A program made the translations under genes and the position numbers. Shown here piece after piece: positions 1 to 14,200 of a DNA stretch of 64,000 nt. Source of the DNA: Octopus vulgaris. Its lineage: Eukaryota. The notes under the pieces were generated by a model. It saw nothing but the letters and a program-made list of their open reading frames with translations. It was not told where the DNA came from and searched no databases. Every line of letters begins with the position of its first letter. Position 1 is the stretch's first letter. The stretch is from contig OX597831.1 in NCBI GenBank assembly GCA_951406725.2, positions 60,698,001 to 60,762,000 of the forward strand, in the 5' to 3' direction.

Positions 1-1532
1 ACATTATGTATATTAATATGAATAAGCATACAGGCTAATTTAAACAACATTATAAACCAAATGAAAACACCACCTACATTGAGTTGGGATCCATCTGACT
101 CATCAATAATGAAGCCATTAATTAATCGCACCAGGATACATGATTCCAACCTATCCGCCCCTGATAAAGCTACTTCCAAAATAAGGCAGCCCCATACTAC
201 ACCGCCGCATTAGGACGAGTAAGTTTATAAGTAGTATAACTTTTATTGAACGAAATGTAACTCAACCAAAAAGACCTAGACACAGGAAAACATTATGATA
301 CGATGCTCCCTATAACATGAATGTGGCCAGAACATAATCATATTATTCCTAAACCCTGTGTGCAAATATACATAGACACTCACAAGCACACGCTCAGGCA
401 CACACGTATAGAAAACATACACACAGGCACATAAACACGCGCACACAACCTGACACACACACGCACGTATGCAGAAACACACCACACAACACACAAACAC
501 ACAAGGACACAGTTGCTCACATTCACCCACCATGTTATCCTCCCCCCTCGTTACATTATGAACTACACCCTACAGCCAAAAACATTCAACAGGAATGCGA
601 CCGAACTGACCTAGAGCAAAAAGGCCGAACCTTACAGAGGTCACGGATGGCTCGGGAACACAAACTCACAAGCAGTCACAGCACACACACGAACTCGTAC
701 AGGCAAGTATGTATACACAAATACGAGTAAATTCTTCGTTTCCTCTGACCCTTACCGTCTCTTCTAAAAACACACTTATCCACACACATGCAAACATGCA
801 TGCATACAAACTAATTCTCTAGTAGACTCAGTACAAACTTCGCAAACATTGTAGACTTTCGAGCGAGACAGGAAGCGGTCGGAACTACAGAGTAAGAACA
901 GTGAATAACAAAGAACCGATAGATATTCTAACCAGTACATTTAACGAACGATCGATTATTTGGTCAGAAATTTTACAAATTGATAAAAATAGAGGAGTGG
1001 CATTGAACCTATACGGGTGTTGTTATTATTACATACATAATGAGCTTCAAGGCACAAAATATATGTATGCATATTCATATATACATATAGTATATAGACA
1101 TAACCTCCATGTATTTAGAATTATACGTGAAAGCCAAATTCCGTGCATTTATGTTGAATTAAAAAGATATCCTATAACATTTTTAGCACAAAATCACGAT
1201 GGAACAAATCGATATTCTTCATGCAGCATTAATCAAATATGAAGATACTGATCAACAAGAAGATACCGATCAGTATAGAGCAACTACGGCCTAATCAGAT
1301 TACCTAAACCTAGCGAAGCGTTCTAACCTTTTACATATATGAGTATCTTCCCTTCTCCGAAAGGAATGTGAGCCAATGAATATCAAATCATAACTATTGA
1401 CCCACAGGAACACTTGTGAACAGCTGTAACCACCGCTTTAGAATTTCACAGTACATTTTACTAAACGGAATGACATTTTGATACTTCTGTGTTACATACA
1501 TATATATACAATGCATGCATATACATAAGCAC

Positions 1533-1590
<58 letters not shown>

Positions 1591-2041
1591 TTTGCTTTCT
1601 GAATTTTTAATCATCTCATAACAATGACTTTTATGAATTTTATTACTACCTCAGTCAATCTAAATGTATATATTTGTCGTTACCTCTCATGAAAAGCCTT
1701 TTCTTTTTTATTTACAATGTACATTCCCGTTTAATTTTCTTATTTTTCCCTTACATGTCCACGTGTATTTTATATTTTCTTTTTGTAACATATTTCTATT
1801 ATATATACATACATATACATGCACACACAAACACTCACACACACATATACATATATAGGTAATGAAAATTAAAGACGTGAACTCTGTTTAACAAACTACA
1901 GTGTAGGTCTTAATTTATTAAGCGATTAGATTATAATATTGATTAGACAAATTTCAAGGTCAATAATTCTTCCCTTCCACGCCGACACGCATCTAAACAA
2001 AGAGAACATATATAAGCCATTATAGATATACGAATATATAA

Positions 2042-2124
<83 letters not shown>

Positions 2125-2689
2125 ATCGTGTAATTCCGTGCCAAAAATAAAAGTCGGATAAAAGTTAAATAATAAGGCACTAAAAGAGAATGACTCTCCC
2201 CAGACACAATATATATATATATTGCTAGATTGAAATAGATACTCAGAAAATGTTTTAAATAGTTTAAGAAATATATTACAGTAAATATATATTTTCATGG
2301 AGTTTAGCAAATTTCAGTTTCAGTGGTTATTCACATAATTATACACCTTCATACAAATGATAAAACTATAATATCTACGTTTGCTCAAGAATTTCAGAGA
2401 TGAAATTTATACTCTTACATGAACGAGACGTAACATTATACATGTCGCTAAATTTATACGACAGACCGATAATCATGCAATGTAATTTTACATTTATATT
2501 TAACTAGTCATTTCATAACGTAAGAGTAATTTTAATGTATACAATTGCTAGCAAAACTCTAAAGTAACCTAGTCTGAATTGAACTGAAATAGATTGTGCC
2601 TGTATCATATCATATCACCCTTTATAACTTCCATACTTCCTGAGATTCTCCAACACTACACCTGATTTTCTCCCCTCCATACACACGCA

Positions 2690-2810
2690 AGCATGTATCT
2701 GACTCATACACTGTTCACTTTCTAGACATTTGTAAATTATTGCATATACTTTATACGCACTTTTGACAAGTTGTGGTGCACCTGAGCACTGTATATAATA
2801 ATTTCATTAT
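2690..2810 (+). mobile_element. Probable LINE-type 3' tail ending in (ATT)n
   Basis: Unique sequence ending GTTGTGGTGCACCTGAGCACTGTATATAATAATTTC runs directly into a long (ATT)n tract. Family not determined. Confidence 0.35.
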
Positions 2811-2821
2811 TATTATTATTA

Positions 2822-2885
<64 letters not shown>

Positions 2886-2922
2886 CATTATAATAATAAT
2901 TATTATTATTATTATTATTATT

Positions 2923-3631
<709 letters not shown>

Positions 3632-4000
3632 TATGTAAATGCCTACATTAAATCATATTCACCCAAAGAAAATGCGTATGCACAACCATAGATTAGCATC
3701 AATAACATTTGAAATTAATCAAATAGGAGTGTTTTTAAATTTTCAATTTAGTGAAGAAAATAATGTAATTAATAATTCATATGTGTTAGGCATAAAGGAA
3801 ATTAGTTCAAGAGCAAATTAAATTAGCTCTTCACAAGTACATGTACTAATACCAGATCACCTTCGGAATTATCATCTTAGCGTACAATATGTTTTTTCAG
3901 TTCTATATCTAAGAGATGAGGAATTATGTACATTATCTAAATTATCTACATTATAAGGATATTTGTCCTCATCTTGTTAACCACTACGCCATATGCCTAA

Positions 4001-4074
4001 GGGCATATGGTGTAGTGGTTAAGAGCGCGGGCTACTAACCCCAAGATTCCGAGTTCAATTCCAAGCAGTGACCT
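4001..4074 (+). promoter_or_regulatory. tRNA-derived Pol III internal promoter (A and B boxes)
   Basis: A box TGGTGTAGTGG at 4008-4018 and B box GAGTTCAATTCC at 4051-4062. Anticodon-like arm GGG-CTACTAA-CCC. The acceptor stem is imperfect, so this is not a functional tRNA. Confidence 0.75.
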
Positions 4075-4102
4075 GAACAATAACAAGAAAAACAACAACA
4101 AC

Positions 4103-4160
<58 letters not shown>

Positions 4161-4206
4161 TCGAAAATACCTTAGAAATGAGAACCCAGGTTCGAAATAT
4201 CCCCAA

Positions 4207-4252
4207 GACACCTGATGAAGCCTGGAGGGTATATCAGCCGAAACGTTGTGTT
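4207..4252 (+). ncRNA. Minimal type I hammerhead ribozyme
   Basis: GACAC-CTGATGA-A-GCCTG(GAGGGTATAT)CAGCC-GAAA-CG-TT-GTGTT. Stem I is GACAC/GTGTT, stem II has one C-C mismatch, and stem III is the palindromic ACGT with a GUU cleavage triplet. Confidence 0.75.
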
Positions 4253-6249
4253 AACAACAGACAAGATGAGGATAAATATCCGTAAAATGTAAATAATGTA
4301 AATAATGTAATACATTTTTTCCTGCAATCGGCATATTAGTGAAAGGTAAGTTAATGTATTAAATACAGGTAAACTTCAAAACAGCATAACTAATTAGGGA
4401 AATTACCTAAATCATACATCAAATATACGATTTTCTGATCAACATATAATAGAAATGGAAATGATCGGCTTCTCTGGGATAATTTCTGAATTCTTCGCCT
4501 GCACTTGCGTAAAGGGATTTTAATTAATTTACTCGCTGAACTAATATCCCCTGAAAAATAATATATGTTAATTTAGGTAGGATTTTTCTTCACATCATTG
4601 AGTATGATGATACTGTATTGACTATTGTCTATCAAGCGTGGATCATCATAAACTAATTTTCCTTATTCTCTCTGATAAATGACTTTCAATAGTTGTTCTG
4701 TAAGGATCTGAATAACTTCAATACTTTAATGAAAATTTCAAATATGGTAAGTAGGATATGCGTATTTGTTTGAAATCTACCATATAATATCATAGTGGTT
4801 GCATTATAGCATAAAGCCCCAAACCAAATAAATACTAAGTATAACAAAACCAAAAAAAAACGACAAAACAAGGGAATTTATGTCTATTAGAGTTACTAGA
4901 CATATTAGTGTCATGTACATCAAAGAACTTCCTATATGTTTACAAATGTAAGGGTGCACTGGATAATCTAGTCCTAGACACATATTGTCGTGAAACTAAT
5001 CAACAACCAGACAGAAGAATAAAATACTTATTTGGTAATATATACAAGTATGAATATGTGTGTGTGTGTGTGTATAAATTGTACCGCAGTTAGAAAATCG
5101 AATATGTAGTCTTCATTAATACCAAAATACTATTCAAAGCTTTATGCATATATTCTAGAAACTAGCAACAATATAGCAACCAAGGCTAAACGTGCAGCTG
5201 ATTGCCGGAAGAAATCTGGCGTCAGTCATGGAAAATTTAACGATAATGGCAGTAACAAATAAGAAACATACATTACATCGTTCCCATGATTCCTGGCTAC
5301 AATAAAATAGTAATAACTACGGCTACCATTAACATTTCATTCAGCTATAAGTCGGAGTAGGTTTTAAAATGTCGATGTACCTTCGAAATTTATTGTTTTA
5401 AGCAAACTAATAATGTAATAATAAAAAAAATATTTTGGATTTCAAACTGAACCAGTCTAGCAGAAGCAAACATATACACTCGCGTGCTTTCAGACATGGA
5501 CACACATAAGTGAGTCGAAAGCAAACATACACACAATTTATACACTCGCGTAGTTTCAGACATAGACACACAATTATACACATGCATATACACAAAGAAG
5601 AATGTACACAGAAGTGCCAGCATACACACAGAAAATTACATGTATATGTACATATATATATAAATAAAATTATATGTATGCGTGTGTCTGTGTGTGTATG
5701 CTTACGAGAGAAGGTTTTTCTTGTACGTGTGAGAAATTGTGCTTACGTCTCTGCGTTTGTGGAATCACATTTGACAGAACAAAAGCATGAATCGTAAACT
5801 AAGGAAATATGTTAGTAGCTTATACAGAAATCTGAATTTACATTTAATAAAATATATTCAAAGGTAGTATATACTACCGAATACATACTAGTAACTGGAA
5901 TATATGAGCAAATATATACATACATACGTATCTGTGTGTGTGTATATACTCAACAGGTAAGTTATTTAATATCGAAAATAGCTCAAATAATTTTAATCAT
6001 AAATTTTGATGTCCTTATGGAGAACTAGTTCCACGAGGTAAGGAATGGCTAAAAAGAGAAATCTAGGGGAGCTGATATTGAAACAGTGATATAGATAAGC
6101 TTAATATACATGAATATTCAAACATGTATACGTATAGATAAATAAAAATTAGGGATGCATGTATATACACAAATAAATATATTCAGAAAAGTGCATGGAG
6201 TATAAAAAAATACAGAAAACTGAGGGTAGAATTCAGATTTTTTAATTCG

Positions 6250-6910
6250 ACAGCTGGATTTGAGAGCTCGGAATTACGTAATAGTAGTATTGCTTAAAAT
6301 TGGCAGAAGGAATATGGAAAATGTATTGGATATGCAGCCAGTAATTGAATGTGCGGACATTATCATAACGCCATCTTCCTTCGTCAGAACTGGAAAGCTG
6401 CCTGTAGCAGTTCACAATATGGTGCGAGAGATTTAAATGTTGAATTGGGGAAGGGGTATATAGGAATAAATGGCAAGGTGAGAAATAATGTAAATGGCTT
6501 GGAAGAAGTAAGGAAGAAAAAGAAGCGATCAGAAATACAAGGGAAGGAATGGTGAGTAATAAGGAAATCGAAAAGGAGAGGAAGAGGTGCATCGGAGGCA
6601 GGAAGGGAGAGATTGGAGATGGGTCAGTACTGTGTGGCTTGTCAATAAAGAGATTTATTCAATCACGAATTCTTAGTTATAAAAAACTGGAGAAAGAGGC
6701 AATGAATGAAGTAGGGAGAGTAGATGGTTAGCGGACGAGAAAGACTGCTGAGATACGAATAAAATAGAGAGATACGAACAGGATACCGAGGGGCAGAATT
6801 TGAAACAATAAGTGATGGGAGCCTGTTATTGATGAAGCCATGGGGCAAGCAGGGTATTCGTGAAATGAGAATGGGGTAAAAGCAGAGGAAGTCATCCTGA
6901 GCTAAGAAGG
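6250..6910 (-). mobile_element. Highly degraded LINE reverse-transcriptase fragment
   Basis: Minus-strand GFINNRLPSLIV..SAPRYPVRISLFYSYLSSL loosely resembles FLxNR..V..GVPQGSVLSPxLFxxYxxDL. Confidence 0.3.
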
Positions 6911-6915
6911 ATACA

Positions 6916-6972
<57 letters not shown>

Positions 6973-6974
<2 letters not shown>

Positions 6975-7076
6975 GGAGTAAACACATAAATGTGAAACAA
7001 GGTGGAAAAAAGAGAACTCAAATACCACAGGTAGAGTAATATGCTTTATTTAAATTTCTGCTGCTATTAAATAAAG
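6973..7076 (-). mobile_element. Short insert between (AT)n tracts, probable Penelope-type terminal remnant
   Basis: Flanked by (AT)n. 10-bp inverted arms CTTTATTTAA (7044-7053) and TTAAATAAAG (7067-7076). Minus-strand AATAAA is followed by a T-rich tail, the same layout as 29999-30198. Confidence 0.45.
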
Positions 7077-7750
7077 TATATATATATATATATATATCGA
7101 GGGAGAGAGAGAGAAGTGCCATGTTTTTAATATAGCAAAGCGGTATGTTAAGGATGAATCTTACTGGCCACAGATGAAGAAAGGAAGGGGCAAGGAAGGT
7201 ATTCGATGAATGAGGGTGGGGTAGCGACAACGGAAGATATGATGAGGATTGCAGAAGTGTACAAAAGAATAGTTAGATCGATAGATAGATAGGCAGAGAG
7301 GAAAGAAAGAAAATGAGAAGTGAGAAGGAATACGTTACTAGCTTACCTTAGTAGTTAATTAAGGCTAAATCGGAATTTGGAGTAATTATAGACACTTTAT
7401 ATAATAGGAACATGAGTAATAAAACTTGTGCGTATATAAATGATTACGTCAGAGATCATATTGAGAAATGAGGGGGAGGATACAAAGCGATTCCCTTGAA
7501 CAAACACACAAATGAATATTCTACAGAGGAGCCTCACAGTCCCTGGGCCAGAATAATGTACAGAGAATATTTCGGGAATTAACGTTGTGTATGATTTTCC
7601 CAGGGTGATTGAGAGTTTAGAGGTACGACTTAAGAATTAAGTCTTTGACAATATAGCCAGGCGTGTCTATTGGACACTTTGCAACAAGTATGGCCTTTAC
7701 AGAGAAAACAAATTCGTACGATCACAAACCTGAAGTAAAAAATAGAGTGC

Positions 7751-7899
7751 AAAGAGCCATGTCAGTGGATTTTCCAGTTGGAAACTGAAAGAATCCCGTC
7801 GTATATATATATATATATATATATTTCTATGATATGATGGACCGTGAAGTCTGACGTAGCATAATAAATTCCATTGTCTCGACCACGGTCGAACAATGA

Positions 7900-7945
<46 letters not shown>

Positions 7946-8162
7946 ATGTGTGTGTGTATGTATGTGTTTGTTTGTCTCCCTACCATTGCTTGACAACCGA
8001 TGTTGATGTGTTTCCGTCTCCGTGACCTAGCGGTTCGGCAAAAATAGATCTAAACAAAACGCACTAGGCTTCCAAAGAATAAAGCCCTGTGGTTTATTTA
8101 TTCGACTAAATGTGGTGCACCAGCATGGCCGCAATCATATGATTGAAACAAGTCAAAAAATA
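7751..8162 (+). mobile_element. SINE family B (internal microsatellite, CR1-like tail), 5'-truncated
   Basis: Matches 13121-13492, 31110-31480 and 40561-40996 (GAAACTGAAAGAA.CCCGTCGTATA ... GGTGCACCAGCATGGCCGCA...TGAAAC). Confidence 0.85.
7827..7903 (+). mobile_element. Extreme 3' end of an RTE-type LINE inserted in the SINE's (AT)n
   Basis: Reverse complement of 33138-33210 and 42667-42740. Ends TCGACCACGGTCGAACAATGATGAT. Confidence 0.85.
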
Positions 8163-8450
8163 AACGTAGTAAAGAGATGGATAGAGGAAATAGATATAAA
8201 ACCCAGTTTAGTACATCTCCATGAAACGTTGTTATTACAAACAGTTAGGGTATTTATTAGGGTTCCTGGAATCTAAGGTTACTTGCTGTAATTCAATAAG
8301 AGGTTTCTTGGCATCTAAATCTACTTGTAGCCCGAGTTTTAGATTCTTTTCTTTTCCAATAATCTAATCTTTTGAATGTATATGAAAATATTAGTAATAA
8401 TAGTATTAAGAACAACAGCAACTGCAATACCAACACCAACAATAACAGCA

Positions 8451-8818
8451 AACGCATTCAGAGAGCGCAACTCCAGCAAGGCAATATCAACGACCTCTCA
8501 ATGATTAATCAGAGATGACTTTTTAAGTGAGAATATCTGAAAAAATCGACTCTTCTCACAAGCGAGAATAGTAAAAATGAACCTGATCGCTCTCAAAACC
8601 TAAGTAAAAACAAAAAAAAACAGTAAGTAATCCAGAATTCTTGTCTGATTGATTCCAAAATCTAATCACTTTGTGCCAGTCACGAGGCCAAACATCCCTG
8701 AAAGTTTCATTCAAATCCATCCAGGAATTCTTGAGATAACGTTTCCAGGGCCAAAAACAGAAAATAAATAAAACACGACTAAAAACAATACCTCCGCCCT
8801 AGCGAAGGCGGAGGTAAT
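8451..8818 (+). mobile_element. Helentron/Helitron-like non-autonomous element
   Basis: 3' hairpin TACCTCCGCC-CTAGCGAA-GGCGGAGGTA at 8789-8816 and a degenerate 5' sub-terminal match CTCCAGCAAGG. No TSD. Family assignment is by resemblance only. Confidence 0.5.
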
Positions 8819-8819
8819 A

Positions 8820-8852
<33 letters not shown>

Positions 8853-8897
8853 TTAATAATAATAATAATTATTATTATTATTATTATTATTATTATT

Positions 8898-9561
<664 letters not shown>

Positions 9562-9620
9562 CAGCAGAACGGTTTCAAATATTGGCACAATGCCAGCAAT
9601 TTCAATAGGGGAGCTAGTCG

Positions 9621-9967
9621 ATTGTATCTTGGTGTAGAAGATGTGTTACTCAAAACTACAGATTTGTTTGTCAGTTTTTTGACATTCACTAGTTGAATAT
9701 CGTTGTGGCCGACGATATGTGCATCTCTGATTATAAGCAGGAGCAGCTTGGTAGCATCATAGCCATATGTTGCGAGGCACTTTTGGGGGTCTGAAGAATT
9801 CACTTCTGGAAACATGGGTTTTTCATTCATCATCGTTAAACAAATCTTATTCAGAGATATTTTGAGCGGGATAGGCCACTCGTCCGGAAGAAAATTCTAT
9901 GCGGGTCCCACCTGCAAGGTCATGTGCTGTTTATTTAGTGCGGGGTCACCACGTCACATATATATGG
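9621..9967 (+). mobile_element. Family D repeat, older partial copy in opposite orientation
   Basis: Diverged reverse complement of about 9010-9380, e.g. CCCACCTGCAAGGTCATGTGCTGTTTAT and GACGATATGTGCATCTCTGAT. Confidence 0.8.
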
Positions 9968-11699
9968 TGCAGAAAGGAGAAATGCAATTTTCAGCGAAAA
10001 TTAAAGAGTATATGCAAAGGGATAGTGGTAGAAATCAATGAAGTATATTGGAAAGTAACTAAAAATATGTTGAATTAATTGTTCAGCTTTACGTTTACGT
10101 AGATTGGTTAAGCCCTGATAAAACATTTTTCATTTTTCCCGTCATCTCATACACTATATATTTAAAACATACAAATGCAAATTGCTGATATACATATTAA
10201 CATTTCTTCTCAAACTGTAAGATATTCGCTATTTCTCGTCATGACAAGATGTTTGTAGCAGCTTAGTACAGCTCTTATTTACCAAATCATTAAAGAATCA
10301 CATTGAGATGTAAAATGCGAAAAGTGAATAACAAATTTATAGTTATTTCCAATTATATGAGACAAAATAAAATCTCGACTCTCGAATAATAACTTTATTT
10401 ACAAAAAAATAAGTGAAATTTGAATGTTTTTTGTATATATTCTTCTGTTGGGCAGCGAATTTCAATCGGAGAGCCCGTTGAATTGGTTACGTAGAATATT
10501 TCAATGGGACAAATAAACTGAGAATGGATTTTAGTTGTCAGAGTTGAAAAGTTTGTTTTTTCTAAACCCGGTATTTCCGTGGATACAGCGTGAACCTACA
10601 TTAATATTTCATAGCTTCCTGAACTTATGACATTCATTTGCATCATATCGTTGTAATGTAGATTCTATGAAGCTTATATATTACAGTTTGTATCTTTACT
10701 ATAGCATAAACTATATCAGCAACATTATTTTGTATTATACCTATTCCTAACAATAGCTCTGCAATTCGACATCGAGAGCTCTCTCACTCCAATATTTATC
10801 ATATAACTAGCAGACAAAATATTCAACGACTATAAACCGCACGAAATATGTCCCAGCATAGCTGATTTCAGTAAAATGGCTGGAAACCAGTAAACGCATT
10901 TAAAGTTAAACAATATGTAGAAATATACAATTTAGAATTATAAATCTATAATTTAGTATTAAATTTCTATATTAATTAGAATTATCACTATGACAATAAT
11001 TCCGTCTCATCTAATTGTTTTATACGCTCACTTTAATTTTTTTTTGTGGCAGTAAAAGCAAGCATCATGAAAGGAACACATAACGATAAGTATCCATTAG
11101 AAATATCTCATAAACCTGTATAGATGATTAGGAATCATCCTACATACTTTCCGTTTATTCATTCGTTATCCAAAATCATTTTAATTAATGCCTAAATTTA
11201 TATGCTTCACCATAATTAGAACGTTAATATGGTTATCATTAAATTTATACTCCATCAAAATTTAACCGGAAGAAAATCCTATTTTCTCCAAGTCTTAATT
11301 TGTTTTATTGCTAACGGGTAATTATTCGTTATGGTCCTCAATATTAGGTTCTAAAGAAAGAACATGTACAATAGAAGTATTTTCTTTCTCTTAAAGGGGT
11401 GTTCTCAAAGTAATTATTCCGTCTATAATATTTACACAAGTGAAAAAAGGAAATCGAGAAAACAGAATGACTTGAGAATTTTCGTGAAAATTGATATATA
11501 AAAAGAATAATGTATTTTGGTGGTTGTAAATATAATTGTGAATTACTGTACAAAATTCATCAAAATGAATAGATGGAAAGTACAATCAATGGCAATCCTA
11601 GTTGAAATTAGTTGTGCAGAAATGAAAGGAATAATCAGTATCCTACGTTTAGAGGTTTCATATATTTATTAGGGTGAAAACAAATCCATAGAATTTTTT

Positions 11700-11700
<1 letters not shown>

Positions 11701-11778
<78 letters not shown>

Positions 11779-11814
11779 CAGCAGCAGCAGCAACAGCAGC
11801 AGTAGTAGTAGTAT

Positions 11815-11858
<44 letters not shown>
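11701..11858. repeat. (TAG)n/(CAG)n microsatellite
   Basis: Read directly from the sequence. Confidence 0.95.
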
Positions 11859-13120
11859 TCAAAGGAGCAGATCTAGGAAAGGAGTTCGTTAATCTCGTAC
11901 GAGAATTGTGAATTTGGTTAAGTTACGGAATGTGCTTTGAGCAATTTTTTTTAGCTTTTCGTACATTTCTATAAACGTTACAAAGAATAGAAGTGGAAAG
12001 AATTAAGGGATTCAAGTTCGAACTACTTGTCACGGGTTTAAGCGAATTAATTCCTATGGATTTAATGCCATCTAAACTCTACGTTATCTTAAAACGGAAG
12101 ACTCATCTGGTAGTCAATTGTAACGGCTATATATCTTTAACCATATTTAGAGACTAGGATAAGTAATAGCTCTCTCTTTCTCGTGTATATAATGTCTGAG
12201 ATGTATTATCTTTTCTTCCAATACTGGCAGCGTTATATAAACTAATGATATATTTTGTTTTTATGCTTTGATGCTGCATTCTTTTATTAATGACACATTT
12301 GCTACACTTCTCTATCTATATGCGTGTGTATTTGTGTGCAGGTATGTTTGTAAATGTATGCAGTGATGCATGTTACACTGTGTACAATAATATTTAACAC
12401 TAACTTAATATCAGAGATAAAAATTTTCTCTTTCTACACACTGTGTAAAATAACCGAAAGATCTTTGAATGATTCCACCGGAGTGTTAGACACATGAGTA
12501 AGTATGATTGTACTTATGAATGGCAGACGCTGCTCTAGTATCTATTGCCCTGTCAGGACCTTCGTCCACATAGGAAAACAGTAAGATATCCATAAGTAGT
12601 CTAGTCCTATGTCGTCATGCAGAGCCTAGCTCATTATGCCTTTACTCTGTAAGTCTCGAAATAGAGACTTTTAAACATTTAATTGTACATGCGAATAATA
12701 AACAGAATTGGAAAAAGTTTATTTTAAACGAAGTTGGTTAATAATATCATTTTATTTTCATTTAATTATCGATTTAGAGACTATATTCACGTCAGCAATC
12801 ATATATTTTTGCTTTTATATGTTTTAGTGACGTAGTGGAAATTCTTGTCTAGGCTGTAAAAAGAAAAATCTAATTCAGCATCTTTTATTGAAGAAGCGTC
12901 ATTATATCATTGAATGACCAAACTGATGCGTTTTACAAACACATTCAATAAGGATTGACATTCGTATGTCAGTTTATAAATTGACTGAATGCGGCAAAAT
13001 AATTGATATTAAAAAAGGAGTTACTTAACATAACATCCTCTGTTGAGCTCTCATTCCTAAGAATTCATTATTATGTACACACACACACATACATTCATAT
13101 TTTTGTTTCTTTCTTTTTTT

Positions 13121-13310
13121 CTTTTACTTGTTTCAGTCATTTGACTGCGGCCATGCTGGAGCACCGCCTTTAGTCGAGCAAATCGACCCCGGAACTTATT
13201 CTTTGTAAGCCCAGTACTTATTCTATCGGTCTCTTTTGCAGAACTGCTAAGTGACGGGAACGTAAACACACCAGCATCGGTTGTCAAGCAATGCTAGGGG
13301 GACAAACACA

Positions 13311-13358
<48 letters not shown>

Positions 13359-13492
13359 CATATATACGACAGGCTTCTTTCAGTTTCTTTCAGAGCTATA
13401 GTAGAAGACACTTGCCCAAGATGCCACGCAGTGGGACTGAACTCGGAACCATGTGGTAGGGTAGCAAGCTACTTATCACACAGCCACTCCTG
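13121..13492 (-). mobile_element. SINE family B
   Basis: Minus strand has the tRNA-like head CAGGAGTGGCTGTGTG, a CORE-like GTGGCATCTTGGGCAAGTG, an internal (TA)/(TG)n and the tail GGCGGTGCTCCAGCATGGCCGCAGTCAAATGACTGAAAC. Confidence 0.9.
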
Positions 13493-13689
13493 TATATATA
13501 TGTATGTATATTTAAAAAAAAAACAACAAAGTTAGCCAACAAGAAACAGCGACAACGCGAGGACGTGGTGCATGCAAAGTATTAATAAGAGAGTCAGCGA
13601 AGGAAAGAAAATGTGCTTGTTTTATGTTTCGAACCAAGCTCGTCTTCGGAAACAGGAAACTTAGGAAACCCCAATGAAAACAAAGAAGG

Positions 13690-14200
13690 ACGAAAACAGT
13701 CGTCATCAGACTCCGTGTAGTTACATCATGGAGTTTTACATTTTTATATGAATCCAGAGTAAGATGCTTACACAGGATAGTGGAGCACTAACACTATAAG
13801 AGAGGCAACCTTTCTTTGAGAGTAACTCGATTTTGTGGTGCTGGATTCTGAATTAAAATTTGGAGGTACAAGTGTTCACGTGGATGAGCTTGTAGTCTAT
13901 ATGTCAATCAGATGCTAAATCTTGCGCTATGGAGTGAGAAGCAGGCAAGCCTAAGTTGGTTTTTCATATTTTATTATTCTTATTGATAGATACTGCAGGT
14001 TGGTGGAGTATGTGTAATCCATCGTGGGGTTTAAAACGGAGATTGCAAGTTCTAGGTAACTACGCAGAGGCCACGTAGCTGACACTTCGTTTGTTGTTGG
14101 ACAAGTCGTTGCGGTGACGAGGTACTCTCCAGATACAACGGGATAGGGAAATGGTGCTTCCTTATTCTTCCACCTAAAAGAGTTCAAATACTATACACAG
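13690..14200 (-). mobile_element. Degraded CR1-like LINE, RT C-terminal region
   Basis: LRSYLELAISVLNP resembles VRxHLEYAxxVWNP. LGLP...DYKLIH resembles LGLxSL...YKIIH. Confidence 0.4.

Larger units (their letters stand above)
3912..4311 (+). mobile_element. tRNA-headed SINE-like element with hammerhead ribozyme and a head-to-head inverted partial copy (Penelope-type architecture)
   Basis: tRNA-like head at 4001-4074, (AAC/AAT)n spacer, hammerhead at 4207-4252 and tail at 4250-4311. 3912-3997 is the reverse complement of head plus tail, joined at GTTAA. Confidence 0.8.
7644..8400 (+). mobile_element. Dong/R4-like (restriction-endonuclease type) LINE 3' fossil, split by a SINE
   Basis: DNIARRVYWTLCNKYGL..YDHKPE at 7647-7734, then RWIEEIDIKPSLVHLHETLLLQTVRVFIRV* at about 8174-8275. 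These resemble the C-terminal motifs HDxVAxxxHWxLCxxYG and LQKxxLLGTARILRxVL. An AAT/AAC tail follows. Confidence 0.6.

Noticed and set aside
155-215. CTGATAAAGCT...AGC hammerhead-like string
   Set aside because: The core is broken (no GAAA, altered CUGANGA), so it cannot be supported.
901-1242. 113-aa ORF
   Set aside because: Non-ATG start, partly AT-repeat derived and no recognisable motif.
4001-4074. Possible tRNA-Ser(ACT) gene
   Set aside because: Acceptor and T stems are imperfect, there is no long variable arm or terminator, and it is fused to repeat sequence. Treated as a SINE head.
9785-9820. CTGAAGA...GAAAC hammerhead-like match
   Set aside because: Younger family-D copies read TTGAATA or TTAAATA here and stems do not form, so this is a chance match.
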